This document shows positions 17,473 to 18,986 of a stretch of 18,986 nt of DNA, piece by piece (the first letter of the stretch is position 1; every line of letters begins with the position of its first letter). Source of the DNA: Candidatus Fervidifonticultor sextus (GTDB lineage Bacteria > Sysuimicrobiota > Sysuimicrobiia > Sysuimicrobiales > Humicultoraceae); assembly GCA_031459875.1 (NCBI GenBank), contig JAVKHQ010000031.1, forward strand, positions 13,740 through 32,725, in the 5' to 3' direction. The position numbers were made by a program, and so were the translations under genes. Below the pieces are notes generated by a model. It was not told the origin of the DNA and did not search any database. It was given only the letters and a program-made list of their open reading frames with translations.

Positions 17473-18986
17473 CTGTAACCTCCCTGGATCGATCGGTCTC
17501 CTGGCATCGCCCTACCCGGTCCCCGCGTGGTGTGGGCGCCTTCCAGGCCCCCCACGACCGGTGCCAGGATGGGACCCACAGCAACAGCCGCCAGCCGGCG
17601 GCGCTGCCAGAGGTACACGGCTACGAAGAGGACAATCCCGACCAGGTCCGTCGCCAGGCCCGGGATGAACGTGAGCACGGTGGCTGCCGCCAGCAGGACC
17701 CACTCCACCACCGTGGTCCGGACGAGAAAGAAGGCCGTGCTGCAGATCGAGAAAGCCACGGTCCCCACCACGGCCGAGGCCACGGCCCAGGCGTTCTCGG
17801 AGGGGGTTCCGGTGAACAGGATGTGGGTGTAGGCGAACAGCAGCGGCATCACGTAGATCATCTTGGCGAACCGGAAGCTGTTCCACCCGGTCTTCCATGG
17901 GTCGGCCTCGGCGATGGCCGCTGCCGTGTAGGCGCCCAGCGCCACCGGCGGGGTGATGTTCGAATCGAGGCTCAGCCAGAAGATGATGAGGTGCGCGGCC
18001 AGCAGCGGGACTCCCAGTTCCACCAGGGCGGGGACGGCGACCACGGCCACCACGAGATAGGCCGCGGTGATGGGCATCCCCATCCCCAGGATGAACGACG
18101 CCATGGCCACGAGCAGCAACGCCAGCGGCAGGTTCTGGCCTGCCAGCGTCAGCACGATGGAGGAGAACCTGATCCCGATGCCGGTCAGCGCCAGGATGCC
18201 GACAATGATCCCCACGGCCCCGGTCGCCGCCCCGACGAACGCGCACGACCTCCCCCCGTCGACCAGCGCCTGCCAGATCTGGACGGGACCCATGCGGGTC
18301 TGGCGCCCAAACCAGCTCACCACCACGGTGGCCGTCGTGGCGTAGACGGCCGCCCGGACAGGCGAGAACCCCGAGATGAGCAGCCCCGCCAGGAGCACGA
18401 TGGGCAGCAGCAGGTACCATCTCTGGCGCAGCACGGCGCCGGCGCGGGGCAGTTCGGCGGGACTCAGGCCGCGCAACCCGAGCTTGCGCGATTCGAGGTA
18501 CACCATGATGCCATTGGAGAGGTAGAAGAGCAGGCCGGGGATGATCGACAGCCTGGCGATCTCGCCGTAACTGATCCCGGTCATCTCCGCCATGATGAAC
18601 GCGCCGGCGCCCATGACCGGAGGCAGGATCATCCCGCCGGTCGACGCCGACGCCTCCACAGCCGCCGCCAGGTGCGGCGGGAACCCTGTGCGCTTCATCA
18701 GCGGGATCGTGATCGAACCGGTCGTCGCCGTGTTGGCGATCGGGCTCCCGTTGATGGAGCCCAGCAGGCCGCTGGCGACCACGGCCACCTGCGCCGGTCC
18801 GCCCGAGATCCGGCCGAAGCCCGCCATGGCTAGGTCGATGAAGAACCTGGCTACGCCGGCGCGGAGCATGAACGCGCCGAAGGCCACGAAGGGTACGATG
18901 TAGGTGGCCAGGACCTCGGCCATGATCCCGAAGATGCCGTCGGAGGTCAGGTAGATGTACTCGATGGTGCGGCGGATGGTGAATCC
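17469..18986 (-). CDS. TRAP transporter fused permease (DctQ/DctM 4TM/12TM type), 5'-truncated by the window edge
   Basis: Frame is open to the edge (GFTIRRTIEYIYLTSDGIFGIMAEV...). Motifs GGPAQVAV, GS..ANT.TTG..TIP.MK..G, EASASTGG.ILPPVMGA.AF.MAE, LGMGMP.TAAY and SNITPPVAL. Confidence 0.93.
   Translation of the reverse strand, partial: GFTIRRTIEYIYLTSDGIFGIMAEVLATYIVPFVAFGAFMLRAGVARFFIDLAMAGFGRISGGPAQVAVVASGLLGSINGSPIANTATTGSITIPLMKRTGFPPHLAAAVEASASTGGMILPPVMGAGAFIMAEMTGISYGEIARLSIIPGLLFYLSNGIMVYLESRKLGLRGLSPAELPRAGAVLRQRWYLLLPIVLLAGLLISGFSPVRAAVYATTATVVVSWFGRQTRMGPVQIWQALVDGGRSCAFVGAATGAVGIIVGILALTGIGIRFSSIVLTLAGQNLPLALLLVAMASFILGMGMPITAAYLVVAVVAVPALVELGVPLLAAHLIIFWLSLDSNITPPVALGAYTAAAIAEADPWKTGWNSFRFAKMIYVMPLLFAYTHILFTGTPSENAWAVASAVVGTVAFSICSTAFFLVRTTVVEWVLLAAATVLTFIPGLATDLVGIVLFVAVYLWQRRRLAAVAVGPILAPVVGGLEGAHTTRGPGRAMPGDRSIQGGYR

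Overview
High-GC bacterial window (roughly 70% GC by eye) in which every credible gene is on the minus strand; the long plus-strand ORFs are antisense shadows. In transcription order (right to left) there are three blocks. (1) A large catabolic/transport operon: fused TRAP permease (5'-truncated by the window), cupin, an orphan xanthine dehydrogenase/CoxL-like Mo subunit, TctC plus a TctA-TctB fusion, a His-rich LVIVD beta-propeller protein, a second TctC plus TctA-TctB fusion, and an FAH-family hydrolase. (2) A small hypothetical protein plus a DUF6036-like nucleotidyltransferase, followed by a CopC-CopD-YtkA-LolA-like fusion and a membrane-anchored thioredoxin-fold protein. The ORF track splits this last protein in two, but it reads as one selenoprotein (in-frame UGA in a U-P-R-C motif followed by a SECIS-like hairpin). 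(3) An operon with its own sigma70-type promoter and tandem DtxR-type operators, encoding a Tat-exported two-domain multicopper oxidase, a ZIP transporter with an extra N-terminal domain, and a DtxR/MntR repressor that runs off the left edge. The most notable observation is the hidden Sec-redoxin coupled to the unusual CopCD fusion. All family assignments come from motif recognition; no database searches were run.
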